Of a stretch of 64,000 nucleotides of DNA, positions 26,301-39,900 are shown in pieces. A model generated the notes under the pieces. The model ran no database searches and was not told where the DNA came from. It saw only the letters and a program-made list of their open reading frames with translations. The first letter of the stretch is position 1. Every line of letters starts with the position of its first letter. Source of the DNA: Rhizophagus irregularis (taxonomy: Eukaryota); contig NC_089429.1 of assembly GCF_026210795.1 (NCBI RefSeq), positions 3,720,001-3,784,000 of the forward strand. Direction: 5' to 3'. The position numbers and the translations under genes were made by a program.

Positions 26301-29300
26301 TATCAATCATATATCATTGTATTGTATAACAAACCTTTTATACACTTTTTATACACTTTTTAATACACTTTTTTATACATTTAAATTTTTTATTACAATA
26401 ACTATTTAACAAATAATTTTGGTTAAAAAAGAAAAAAAAAACCCTTTTTTTTTTATTGTCATATTTGGAGATTTATGGTTTATGGATATGACCGGATTAT
26501 CAAGTTCTTTTTTCGGAATTTCGGAATTCCGGAATTTTTAATATTTTATTTATTTATTTATTTGTGTAATTCTCATTATAGATCAAATTTGATAAACTTG
26601 GTAATTTTTTTTTTTCTTATTTTTCTCATTTTCTCATTTTCTAAAAAATAAAATCGGAGCGAACGGAATGTTAAAAATAAAAAAAAAATCTTTTTAAGAA
26701 AAAATAAACCAGTTTTAATCCTTCTTTTTTTTTTAAAAAAAAAAAGGAGGTCATAAGAAGGGTCATGAACAATATAAAAAATTGAACAAAAAAAAAAAAA
26801 AAAAAAAAATTAAAGTTTCAGTGAAAAAACTTTCATATGACATGAATTCTTTTTCGGATAAAGTTTACTTTTATTTAAATCAAAAAAAGAAGAAAGTTTA
26901 TAGGTTTATAAGTTGTGTTAATGTAAAAAAAAAATGTGTTAATATGTGTTAATATGTGTTAATATGTTAATGTGTTTTATGTTTTTGCGTATTTGTTATT
27001 TTTTTTTTTTTTGCGATGTTTGTTGTTTTATTGTGTGACCTTCTCTCCCTTTAATATGAGAAACAACGAATAAAGGAATTGAACGTTTTTTTTTTTATTA
27101 TTATTTATTATAAATAACTAAAATGAGCCCAAACCGATTGTTTTTTTTTTTCATACTACCAAAAATAATTTTTCATTATACTAAAAATGAGGAAAATTAA
27201 AAAACCGATTGAAATACTAAAACTGAATGGTCTTTTTTTTTATCTCCCTTTTTCATTTTGGCTTAGTATTTTTTTTTTCGCCATATTCCGAAGTTAATCA
27301 ACAAAAATAAATATTTTCAATAAAAAAAAAGTGAAGAAAGTTAATTTTTAATTCTTTTTGTATGTGGCTTTCATTCTCTCTTTTTCATTTTTTTTTTTCG
27401 AAAAAAAATTCTTTTTTTTGTTTATCAATCACGTTATAATGTTTATACTTTATACACACAATGAACTTAATATATATTTATTAATACTGTAAAAATACTG
27501 ATATATTGAAATATAAATATTTATTAATAATTATCATTCGTTATATAGTCGTTATATAATCGGAAAGAATCGCAAAAAAAAAATCCGAAAAAAAAAATTG
27601 TCATGCGATAAATAAAAGAAAGCCTAGAAGCCTAGAATCGGAATTTAACTAATTTGTTTAAATTAAAATCAATAAAGTTTTAAAAATATTTTGTAAATAC
27701 TTTTTATCCATTTTGAATGGAAATTTTTTTTCCTTAAAGAAATTACCATTTTTTACCATAAATTTACTGGAGTAATTACGGCGCGTGACGCAGAAGGGGA
27801 ACGGGGGAGTTCGTCGGAGATGCAATTACGAATTTTATTTATTTTGTTTTTTTTTTGGAGACACAAACAAAAAACCCTGGCTATTTAGGTTATACCATTT
27901 TTAAATCATAAAATCATAACTACGCATACCTATTTTACGTATGCTGTAACTACGCCACAAATAATTAAGTTGTCACTTTGTCACTTTGACATAAGTTATT
28001 TTTAAGAAAAAAAGAATAAAATGCAATATAATGTACGTACGTTTGATCATATGAACTACAATATGTCTTGATTTATACAATTTTTTTTGACGTTTAAGGA
28101 ACATGTTACATGCAAGTTCCTGAAGCAACCGGGTAATAGTTAACTATACATAGATTCATTATATAAGGAAACAAGAAATTTATCTGGTTATTTTCTAATA
28201 TTAAGAGAAAAAAATTTAACCATATCTCAAACCATTGTTCTTTAAAATATCATATGTCTTTTAATGCTCTTTATATCATTTTTATTGTTCATTGAAAATA
28301 TATATTGATGAAATAGGGAATTACCCGCCGTTTTGTATCATGACATATTTTATTTTGATTAAAAAATTTGTTAATGTATGGTAAACATACTAATTAAAAC
28401 CGGTTTAGTTAAAAATGCAATATTTACATGTTATTTTTGCAGTTTATAACAACATATTTTTACTCTAAGCATTTAGAGATATAAATTATTTTATTAAAAG
28501 GGAATATGCGAAATGCTTCCCGCTTTTCGTCGATCGAGCATTGCATTTTTTTAAATCTATTTCAAAAAGATGGTAATGATCTACATGTTTAAATTGTACA
28601 ATACATGATTTTTTATTTAAAATAGGTTAGAAGGATTTTTTTACAATAATTACAAAATATTGCATCGAATTTTTTTTTTCTCTCTCTTCTTTTTTTCTTA
28701 TACATTACATACATTAAACATTTTATACATTACATTTGCATTTTTTTTTTCAATCGTCATTATCGTCATTATCATCATTATCATAATTATCATAATTATC
28801 ATCAAAAAAATAAATATCTAAATTAAAGATTAGAGGAAGATTTAGGAATGATGGTAAAACGAATCACAAGGATCACGTATAAAATGAGTAACTTAAGTAA
28901 TCAGCAAAATTTACGCCTTTTACAATATATACTGTATACATACATAACATACATACAGTATATAACTTTTCAATAAATAAAGGCGCACGGGACAGTTTTT
29001 TTTTTAGTGTTTCAAAAACCGAATAATTCCAAGAAAAATATGATACTGATTTTTTACTTGGTATCATTAAAAAGATGTACAATACTTTTATGTTTGGTTA
29101 CAAATACGATTGATTGTACACTTTGAACATATGATATTTACGTTTTATCTACTTCAAATTTGAACCAAAAGAGACAAAAAATTAAATGCTGCAATTTGTC
29201 GCTCCTTTTTCAATAGAGAGATAATCTTTTTTAAAAAAAGCCCATCGACAATTTTAGTCTATTAACGGCGGTAATAAATATTCATTAAGTATAAACAGTT

Positions 29301-30696
29301 TTTAGTTTCACAAAATATTTAATTTTACAAAAAAAAAAAATTTTTACACGATTGAACTTTAATGACTTTTTTTGAAAGTGAAAAAATACAAAAATATAAA
29401 AACTTATCTTATCTACTGTTACTTCTAATGACATCTGTTTTTAATAAACGTTTAATATTTATCATTTTTGTTCATTTGTTTACTCTTATTAACGTAATCG
29501 TGTGAAATAATAATAATAATAAACTTCTTTCATTTTGCGCGGGATGAATTGTGTCACGGAATTTTACATTTATTCTTCGCTCCGAACAAAGTAAACGTGT
29601 GTATATGTGGATCTTTTGGATTACACGCGATAAATATTAACGCGGGAAACAAAAATTTTTTATAAAGTGAACAAAAGTGAACTTAAAAATTTTTTTTTTT
29701 ATAATAATAATAAAGAAAGGAACAAATTTTTTTATTAAACACCGCGAAAAATCATATTTTATTCTTTGTATATACAAATAGACTTTCAATGATGAAAATG
29801 CAAAAAAAAAAGAAAAAAAAAAATTACAAAAATAAAAATTCTAAAAAAAAAGATTTACAAAAAAAAAAAACGAAATGATGTTTGTGTTTGTGTTAGTCGT
29901 CCGCGATTAAAATTTTTTTTTTTTTTCCAACCCAAAAAAAATATATTATGTCGAAAAAAAAAAAAAAAAAAAAAAAATATTAAAAATTTACAACTTAAAA
30001 AAAAAAATTTTTTTTATCATACAGTGTGTATAAAAAAAAATAAAATAAAATTTTTTTCATTTTTTTCATATAATATTGTTAATTTTTTTTAAAAAAAATG
30101 TTAAAATGTTTCTTTTTTTTTTTTCACAAATAAAGAAAAAATTGTAAAAAAAAAAAATTATTTTTTTATTCTAAAAAAAAAAAATGTTCTAACTATATAG
30201 CGTAAAAGATTTTATCATTTTTTTTTTATCAGAGAGGGAAATAATGAAAATTAAAAAAAAAATGTAATTAATTATTTTCTAAAATAAAATTTTTTGTTGT
30301 TGTTGTTTATATTTTTCACGCTCTCACGATTTTATTATTATCTTTAGAATTTATTTATCTTAATTTTTTTTTCATGATGCATAGAATGAAAATGTTTTTT
30401 AAAAAAAATGTGTGATTTTGCTTTAAAAAAAATAGATGTTTTGTTGTTTGTCGTTATTATAAAAAAAGAAGGAATGGTAATATGATAAAGGTGATCCGTT
30501 TGTATCCAACGAACGAAAAACCAATATATTAAAAAGTGTAATGAAAATTTATAAATAAAATGTCCCATTTTATCCATATCTAAAAATTAGTAATTTACAA
30601 ATATAAAAAAATGTACAAGTTGCGTCAAGTAATTTCGTCAAAACGAGTGCCCGATTCCTTTTGACGATAAAACTTAACAAGTAATATTTGGATATT

Positions 30697-31252
30697 TTAC
30701 ATTGTTTCAAATATCTAAAAAAAATTAAGAAATTAATTATTAGCAAATGATTTTTTTTCGTTGAATAAAGAGAATTATTACTTAAAAAACTTTATAACGA
30801 GAGCTTACCCAATCTTCCATTTGAGCGTCGTCGGCTGTGACGTCTTTTTTGTCAAGAAATTTTACGATCCAATCATCCCACATACAATCTTCTGAGATAT
30901 CAGATAAAACGGATAAATTTGAAACAAATGATGAATCTGATTCTGAGCTGCTTTTCCTGGTATGTCTTCTTGTATGATTTCTTTGATGGTTTTGGAATTT
31001 ACCCGCTACAACATTGGCCGCGGCAAAGGCACTTGTAGTTGAAGAAACGGTACTTTGTCGGGTACGACGTTCAGATGGTTTACGATCATTTTCTTCAGGA
31101 TTTTGTTTGTATTCAATGTTGTAAACTAATCTATCTCTTACTGAACTGACAGTTACTTGAGCTGGTGTTAATAATGTAATAGAGGAAGTGCTTAAAACAC
31201 CTTCGCTACTACTATTAACTTTTTGTTTATACCAATTTGAATAGTATGCCAT
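30697..31252 (-). CDS. Small Ser-rich hypothetical protein (~153 aa, two exons)
   Basis: ORF 31252-30809, GTAAGC donor at 30808, TTTTAG acceptor at 30715, last exon IFETM*. Coding-like composition in an AT desert, with a TATA-like sequence upstream. Confidence 0.75.
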
Positions 31253-34200
31253 TTTTTTTTTAATGTTGGTTTGTTTTTTTGAATATAATTTCTTTTTAAG
31301 AGATTATTATATAAATTTATTATAAAAAATGTTTTTTTTTTTGAAAGAAAATTAGAAAATTCCTCAGTAGGTATTTATAAAAATTTTTTTATACAATGTA
31401 TTGTATTATATAAACGGATCTGCGTTATATTTTAAAAAAAATATTTTAAATTAAATTATATTAAAAATTGTGATTTATTTTGATAATCATATTTTTTTTT
31501 TTTACAATAACAATATAAAAAAAATTAAAAATACTAACTATTTATTATTTATTATATTATATAACAATATAATATCTAAGTGGGCGGAGTTAAATCAACA
31601 AAAAGCATATGAATCATAAATTTAAAAATAATTATTGTAAATCATTAATTTTTATAATATATGAATGAACTGCTAAAATTAGTTGTAATACAATTTTTAT
31701 TTTATTGTAATAAATTATAATTGTATATAATAATAATATATGTATAATAATATGTATAATATGCAAGGGTATCATTATTGTAAAAAAAAAAAAATTTTTT
31801 TTTTTTTACTCGTTTCACTTTTTTTTATTATCATATTTTCTTTGTTTAAAAAAATGAGTCATGATATGAACTCATGTTCCCGTAGTACGATTAATTACTT
31901 GTTTAAACCACATTTTCAGTTCTTTTTCAAACTCTTTTTTTTTTTTTTAATGACCGATCATAAAAAAGTAGGAAATATATTGTAATACCCCACAGTGATT
32001 TTCAGTTACCCAATTTAAACCAACTTTAGTATCCTCAATAGAAAATAACCTACTACGGTAATGAGTACTGAAAGCTCATTTGCTGACATTATCATAAATT
32101 ATTACTGGAAGGAGATGTCCTAAAATTTAGGATAAATGGCTAAAACTTATATTTATTACGTACACAATTGATTGTAACAGGGAGTAAAAAAAAAAATCTT
32201 CTAAATTTAAACTCTTTATAAATTTTTTATTTGATCTCATGTTCCCAATGATCGGATGATGGAAATTTTTTTTTTCATGAGAAAGATTTCCTGATAATCA
32301 TTTTTTTCTTTTTTAGTGGTTCAATAACAAAAATTAATTACAATGTATGAAATGTATGATGCAGAAATACAGCGCTATATTACATTAAGATTACGCATAA
32401 CTTAAATAAGCAAAGTAAGGAAAAGTAACGTAGTATAAACTAGGTATAAAATGGTACAAAGTTAGGTATAAACTAGGTAAAATAATTAATCTAGGTAAAA
32501 TAATAAATCTAGGTAAAATAATAAATCTAAGTAATAAATTTAATAAATTAAATAAATTATCCAGGAAACTAGGTAATTTCCCAACTATTTGGTAACACTC
32601 CACAAAATTGAATATTATGTTCCATTATTTGTTTATGGGTGTTCAAACAATGACATGTTATTGGCTATTGGCTATTTAATTAATATGACCCTTTTTCGTA
32701 TAGAATATCTTTTTCGTATTGATGTCACATGTATTATTTTTCAATATGAAAATTTTACGTAATCTCCCATATTAGATATGCAGGATAATAATTTTTTTAA
32801 AAAAACAATGTTTTTAGCTACATTTAAATTTTGTTTTCTGTTGAGAATTGCAAGACAGAAATCCTCATATGTGATCAACTGAGCTGGTGGCGTATTTCAA
32901 TGGATTTAAAGTTTTTTTCAATTTACTGTGTGAATATTAAAAACCGACTAAGTAATATTTAGATAAATTGGTGCTTTGTTAATCGTTTTTTTATAAAGAA
33001 AATGGAAATCAAATCTCCGAATTTCCGTAATTTATAATTTACGTAATTTATGAAATTAATCACGAAATCGTTTTTGATACTCGATAAAGGTTTTTTTTAA
33101 AAAAAACATAGTAGATAAGAAAGACAATACTATTGCCAATCATTATGCGAAATTAGTTATATTAGTTCTAATCTTAATATATCTTTTTAATTTTTTTTTT
33201 TGATATTATACAATCATATTAATATTTTGGATGATTTTATCCATAAAAAAAAAGATAATTTTTTTTCTTTGTATGATTTTTTTCTTTATGGAAAATATTA
33301 TTATTATCCAATGATTTCTCGCTTTAAAAAACTCCTATTGTTCATTCATTCATTCATTCATACATTTTTCATTCATTTACTAAATTAATTCAATTCTTCC
33401 TATTTTTTTTTTTTTATTTTTAAAAAAAATACAATTGGTTAAAAAAAAGTTTTTTTTTCGAATTTGTTACACACAAAAAAAAAATACGATTAATTTTGAT
33501 AAAACCAAATTTTTTTTTTAAACTCGTTTTGGAAACAATAAAAAAAAATAAAGTGGCTGAAAAAGCTAAGGGGCTTTTTTTTAAAAAAAAATTTTTTTTT
33601 ATTATGAATTTCATTTTTATATAAAAAAAAAAATGTCAATTTTTTTAATTGTTTATGTCCACGGAAGTTAAAAGTTTGCATGAGAAAAAAAAAAACTTGT
33701 TTAATTACTTGAAATTGGAAAAGTCATTTTGTGGCTTGGGATTTTGTGTAATAGGAGAAATAAGCAGATGATGACTTATTTCTTTTTTTTTTTTAAAAAA
33801 AAAAAAACAATTCCGGAATTCGAAAGTACCCGAAAGGAAAGGTATGAAGCCATAATAATATTTTTTTTTTGTTTGATTGTTATAGTAATTAAAGAAAAAG
33901 AAACAAGAAATTGAAGAATAAACAAAATGAAACAGAATAAACAAAAAGAATTGTTAGAATTGTTTGAATGAAAAATGGTTAATAGGAAAATTACGGGTAC
34001 AGTTACAATCATTTAAATCATTTTATCGGATATAATCAATTTTCGTTCATCACGTGTTAACGGAATTCAAAAAAAATTTTTTTTTAGAAGGAATCCGAAT
34101 TCCCTATAAGATATCCGGATTCTGGAATTCCCTAAAATTGACATTATCGTCAAATTTTGGTTCCAAGAAATAATTTCTTGTTTTAAGTGTTATGAATTTG

Positions 34201-35159
34201 TGATTATTTTGTCATAATCAATATTCATTATTCCTTTCGTCAAAAAGATACGGATCATTCCGTTTATTCACGCATCAAAGAATTTTTTTTTATAACGGAT
34301 ATCCCAAGTTTGTATTCTTTTATTATTTTTTTTGATGATCGGATCAATCCGTATTTAACACATTACGAATTTACGAATCAAAATATTCGAAATTTCGATT
34401 TCACAAAAATAAGCTACTAATAAGCCAAATAATCCACAGTAACCAATTAAAAGGTTTGTTTATCATCTAATATCTTTTGCTATGAAAATCCATCTTAAAA
34501 GATTTAATTTGATTTTTATAAAAAATTAATTAATGAAATGCATAAAAAATATACACTGTAAGCGGTTAAGTCATATTCGTTATATCATGTGTCTGTTATG
34601 TTTATTATGTTTTTAACCAATCAATGATTTATTGGTGAATGTGAATTTATTTATATATTATGTATAAGGTATACGTTATACCTTCTCAGAATATTGGTGT
34701 ATTCCATGTATTCCATCAGAAAGAAAAGCTTAATTATAATTTATATTATTTACGGTGAATTATTATTATTACGGTGAATTATTATTTACGGTGAATAATA
34801 GAATTTTGTTCTGCTCCAGATTTTAATGCTCCAGATCCGGAAAACAGGTACAAAAAAATATAATTGACGATTGAGTTAAAAAAAGGCGGGAATTACCGGA
34901 AAAAAATCAAACTTTCTCAAAGGCTGAGATAGGTAATATGACCTCGTTTTTTTTATTTTCTCGGCACTTTCCGCATTTTACTCTTGCGCTCTTGCTGAAA
35001 CGGGCTGAATAATATTTACAGTTTCATATTATTTACAATGTTTTTTATAGAAAGTAAGCCTCATATTACAATGTAGTGAATGTTAAAGTTTATTCTATTT
35101 GTGAATTGTGATAATCTGGGATTCTGGGTAATTTAGAATTAAATTATTAAATTATTAAA

Positions 35160-35600
35160 ATGAATTTGGCTGTAAAAAATTGATAATTTAAAAATTTTGG
35201 TTGTTAAATAATTTTGGATGTTAATAAAATAAATTTGGGTGTTAATAGATAATTTTGGCGTACATTAATAATAATTTTGAGCATTAATGACAATCTGGAC
35301 ATTACCGTAATGATAATTTAAATTGGGCGTTTGATGATAATTTATTTGATAATTTAGGCAATGATAATTTGGGCGTGAATGGTACATATTAATGATAATT
35401 TGGGCGTTAATGGTATATGGTATTTAATGATAATTTGAGCGTTAAATGTATTAATATGGTGAGTGATTTGGGGCATTAGCAGGTAAATTTTGGTGTTAAT
35501 GATAATTTGAGCATTAATAATAATTTGAACATTAATGATAATTTGGACATTAATAATAATTTGAGCATTAATGATAATTTGGGCATTAATAATTTGGTTG
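35160..35600. repeat. 18-bp minisatellite (ATTAATGATAATTTGGGC-like)
   Basis: Repeated CATTAAT(G/A)ATAATTTG(G/A)(G/A) units, clearest at 35490-35595. Confidence 0.8.
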
Positions 35601-36199
35601 GACACTATTAAATTTGGGGTGTTTTAATTTGGGGTGTTAAACTGTTAATTTATATAATTGTGGTATAATATATCAATGATCTGAATTCAGTGTATAAAAT
35701 TCAAATACTTATTGCGTAATGCATAAGAAAAAGTCTCATGAAATTTGCGGAAAATAAATGTGATTTTGCGCACAGATAATTTAATAATAAAATTATTTTT
35801 GAACTGAAAAATTGCGTAATGCGCAGAAATATCCAAAAATAGGCTGCGCTCCGCAAATTCCGCAAATACACCGTATCTGATGATTTGCGTTATCATAAAT
35901 TTAGATGATAATTCTAGTCAAGATTATCACGTGAATTTTCCCTCTAAGTACCATATAAAACATACCAAGTTATCTGATATTCCCTTTTATCTCATGCAAA
36001 TAGTTCAATTGGTTTTTTTTTTATTTTTATTTTTCTTTTCCGTGAATCTTTTCCACAATATGTAAGTATATATGTGTAGGTATATACGTGTAGGTTATAA
36101 CGTGTAGGGTTTCAGTGAACAGTGCGCGGCTAAAAATAAAACCAAGTTATCTGATATGGATCGTCATTTCCTAAGGGGGGGCCAAGAAAATTGAATGAT

Positions 36200-36930
36200 G
36201 TAATTTGTCTATCTAACGTAATGTATTATCTAATAATGTATTATCTAATATATCTAATGTATTATCTAGTATATCTAATATATTATCTAGTATATCTAAT
36301 GTATTATAATGTATTATCTAGTATATCTAATGTATCTAGTATATCTAAGTGGAATCAAATGATCATGTCTGATATCATGTGTTTAACTAATACGTTGAAA
36401 CACTTAAAAATATTAAAATAGAAGTACACTATTAATTAATTATACTGTCTTAATTCCTTTCTTTTCAACTTTCAACTCGTATAAATAAATTATCTATTAT
36501 ATCTAATGTATCTAATGTATAATATCTAATATCTAATGTAATATCTAATATATTTAATGTATCTAGTATATTAAATGATCACGTTAGATATCATGTGGTT
36601 TAACTTATATGTTGAAACTTTTTTTTTAACTACAGTATTAAAAATATTAAAATAGAAATATATACAATATTAAATTATACTATCTTAATTATTTGTCCCG
36701 TACCTTTCTTTTCAACTTTCGACTCGTATAAACAAATTATCCTAAGTATATCTAATGCATCTAACGTATAATATCTAGTATATTAAATGATCACGCTTGA
36801 TATCATGTGTTTTAACTTATACGTTGAAACTTTTTTTTAACTATTAAAATATTAAAATAGAAAAATATATACTATATTAAATTATACTATCTTAATTATT
36901 TTCTCGTGCCTTTCTTTTCAACTTGTATAA
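36200..36930. repeat. Three ~215-bp tandem units with a TATCTAATG microsatellite, upstream of the SHOC1-like gene
   Basis: GATCA(T/C)G...GATATCATGTG...GTTGAAAC recurs at ~36361, ~36577 and ~36789. Confidence 0.8.
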
Positions 36931-36948
36931 ATAAATAAATTAAAAAAA

Positions 36949-39900
36949 ATGTCCATAACGAAAGGCATTGGAGAAGAAAATAAATATCGAATCGAATTAT
37001 TAGAATGTGCAAAATCATTAAATTTACAAAATGACGATGGTATTTTTTACAAGTAATAATAAAAATAATAAAAATTTTAATATAATATTAAACATATATT
37101 TTATTATTTTATAGATTATACTAAAGAATTAATTAATCAAATTACTAAAGAATTAATCAATCAAATACCTATTGAAAATTATCAAGAAGATGAAAATGAA
37201 TCTATAATTCATATAAAAAAAGAAGAAGAAAATATAAGAGGATATAAAGATTATAATAATTTGATTATTAAAAAATTTTTATTTGAAGAATTTAATGATT
37301 TTGATGATTCAAATGATTTATTGAATAAAGAATTATCCGAAGTAAAAGATATTGATACTGATTTTATTTTATGTAATAATCTAGGTAATTATGTATTTTG
37401 ATTTTTTAATCGATTTTACAATTTATTGATTGTTAACAATGTTTTCTTTCTTTTAGAAAATTATATTACTCGTGATTCAATCGAATTGGAGGAACCTTTG
37501 TTTCCAAAGAAAATAAAATTAGATAATCTTGAAGTTCCTACCGTTCCTACTATTAAATCGTTAACTCCTAACTATAATCCCACACAAATTGTACCCGAAC
37601 CTTTTTTAGAAAGTGAAATACAAACTTATACGATAGAAGATTTATGGTATTATTTTTTAATGATTATTAATTTATAATAACAAACAATTATTTATTAAAA
37701 ACTAAACAATTATTTTAATTATAATAATTATTAAAAACTAAACAAAATTGTTTTAAATTTACTAACGATAACCCAATTTTTAGTCCATTATATCATGAAG
37801 CAATGGCCGATGAAATAGATATTGCTACATCATTATTAAAAGAACAAGAAATTGAACTTAAAAATGATACAATTCTTATTGATGATTTGAAATTTAAAAG
37901 CAAATACCTTGAAGAACCTATTCTACCTAATGTAAAAGATATCGTTCAACAAGATATACCAAATTCAATTTCGAATGTTGAATCTTTATTTAAGCAAGAA
38001 GTTGAATTAATCTTAAAAAATGATGAAAAGTTTTCGGTTATTGAAGAATCTGGTGTCAAATTACCATTAGAAATGATGAATGAATGGGGTATGAACTATA
38101 TTCAAATTATTCAAAAATTTCAAACTGTTTAAATTTAACAATTTAAATCTGCATGTATTAACAGAAACTATGGATGATGATTTGAAAGAAACTTTGACTG
38201 AAAGTTCTAGAGAAAGCGAAATGATTCTCGACATCCCTCATGAAGGGTACGAATTAGGTAAATTATAGAGATTAACTAGCGCTGTGAATATCCCTACTAT
38301 CCCTTAAATGGTATTACGGGAAAGTTACCACTTTTAGGTATTTGGAGCTGGAGGTCTGCATGGACCATAATAAGCAACCCGGTCCCGGGCCTAATGCAGG
38401 CCCCAGATATGTATTTACGTCACAATTAGTAATAGGAAATGTACATCATTTAGTCACGTTAACAAATGCGTCATTATAGCGCAGCAACGCACTCGGGCAG
38501 GGTTTGTGTCGATCATCACCTGGGTGCCGCAGCAACTATGGTTTCGTCATTATAGCAAACGTCACTCATTATGTTATACGTCACTTTAGCAAACGTCACT
38601 GCAGCAACCGTTTATTATGTATACGTCACTGTCACTGTAGTTGTACGTCACTCTAGTAAACGTCACTCTAGTAAACGTCACTCTAGTAAACGTCACTCTA
38701 GTAAACGTCACTATAGCAATACGTCCTATAGCAATACGTCACTATAACAATACGTCACTATAGCTAGCAATACGTCACTTTAGCAATACGTCACTTTAGC
38801 AATTAATAATACGTCACAATTTTTTAGAGCCGGTATTGATACCTGCGAAAAATGATCCTTTAGAAATGGATCGAAGAAAGCGTCGGTGAGTAATTTACAA
38901 AAATTTATGTTTTACACAAAATTTGCGTTTATATAAAATTCGTGTTTTAGGAAAAAATCAGAATCCGAGGAAGATATTATTACGTATGTTGCATTATTCA
39001 TATTATTCAATATTACATAATACTTCAACTTGTACATTTGCTGTAAATTTGTTCATCACATCTTTGTATAACAGGACCGATTCATTATTAAGCGTCATTA
39101 ATCATGTTGTTCCGGAAAATGTAATGCCGATATCATCTAATCAAGACGAAGACGAAGAACTTCAAAAAGATCTTGATAGTATAATAAAGATTGATACGCC
39201 CTTTGATCAATGGCAGATTATAATGACGCAACCTATGGATGAAATAGGTGAATTGAAATTTACAGGTAATAAAACAGCGTATACGTCAAATCACGTGATT
39301 TTATTAAAATACGGTCGCGTGACTTTTACGTGCAGTACATCGCAGAAAAAGTTTATAAAAAATTTCCATAAACCACGATTATTCCATTTAATTTAATTAT
39401 AAAATTTCCATAAATCACAATAAACCACTTATGATAGTACCTTCACTGCTACATCCTGTATCATATGCCAGTTCAGATATTCCGTCACGTCTCTCGGATC
39501 TTGTGGTATCAAATTCATCAAAAAGTGACTTTCAGATATTTTCTCCCTTTAGTGGAATAAAAGCTTTGGAACTTTTATTGCATTGGAATCCAATCAAAAA
39601 CGTTGCTATATTGGAAATTGATAAAATTGTTGATACTTCAGAAACTCCATATGATAATTTAGCAGAAATAACTCAAGAATACATTTGTTTTGATACGGAT
39701 AATTTATTAGGTTTAATTGAAGTTACTAGTAAAAGTGACGAAATTTATTTAAGATCAAAAAAAGAAGAGAAGAAGAAAAAAAGGTTAAAACAATTAGAGG
39801 TGGCACAACGTGATTACGTGCATAATAATAAAGAGAGTGCAGCGATTTCTACTGCATCACGTCATTCACGTGTTACATCTGCAGCTGTGGCTCCTTCCAA

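Noticed and set aside
28750..28860. Minus-strand D/N-rich reading (FDDNYDNYDNDDNDD*)
   Set aside because: It is explained by a 9-bp microsatellite, and no start codon or upstream exon could be linked.
31740..36421. Numerous F/K/I/Y-rich ORFs
   Set aside because: They are translations of homopolymer tracts and minisatellites with no coding signal.
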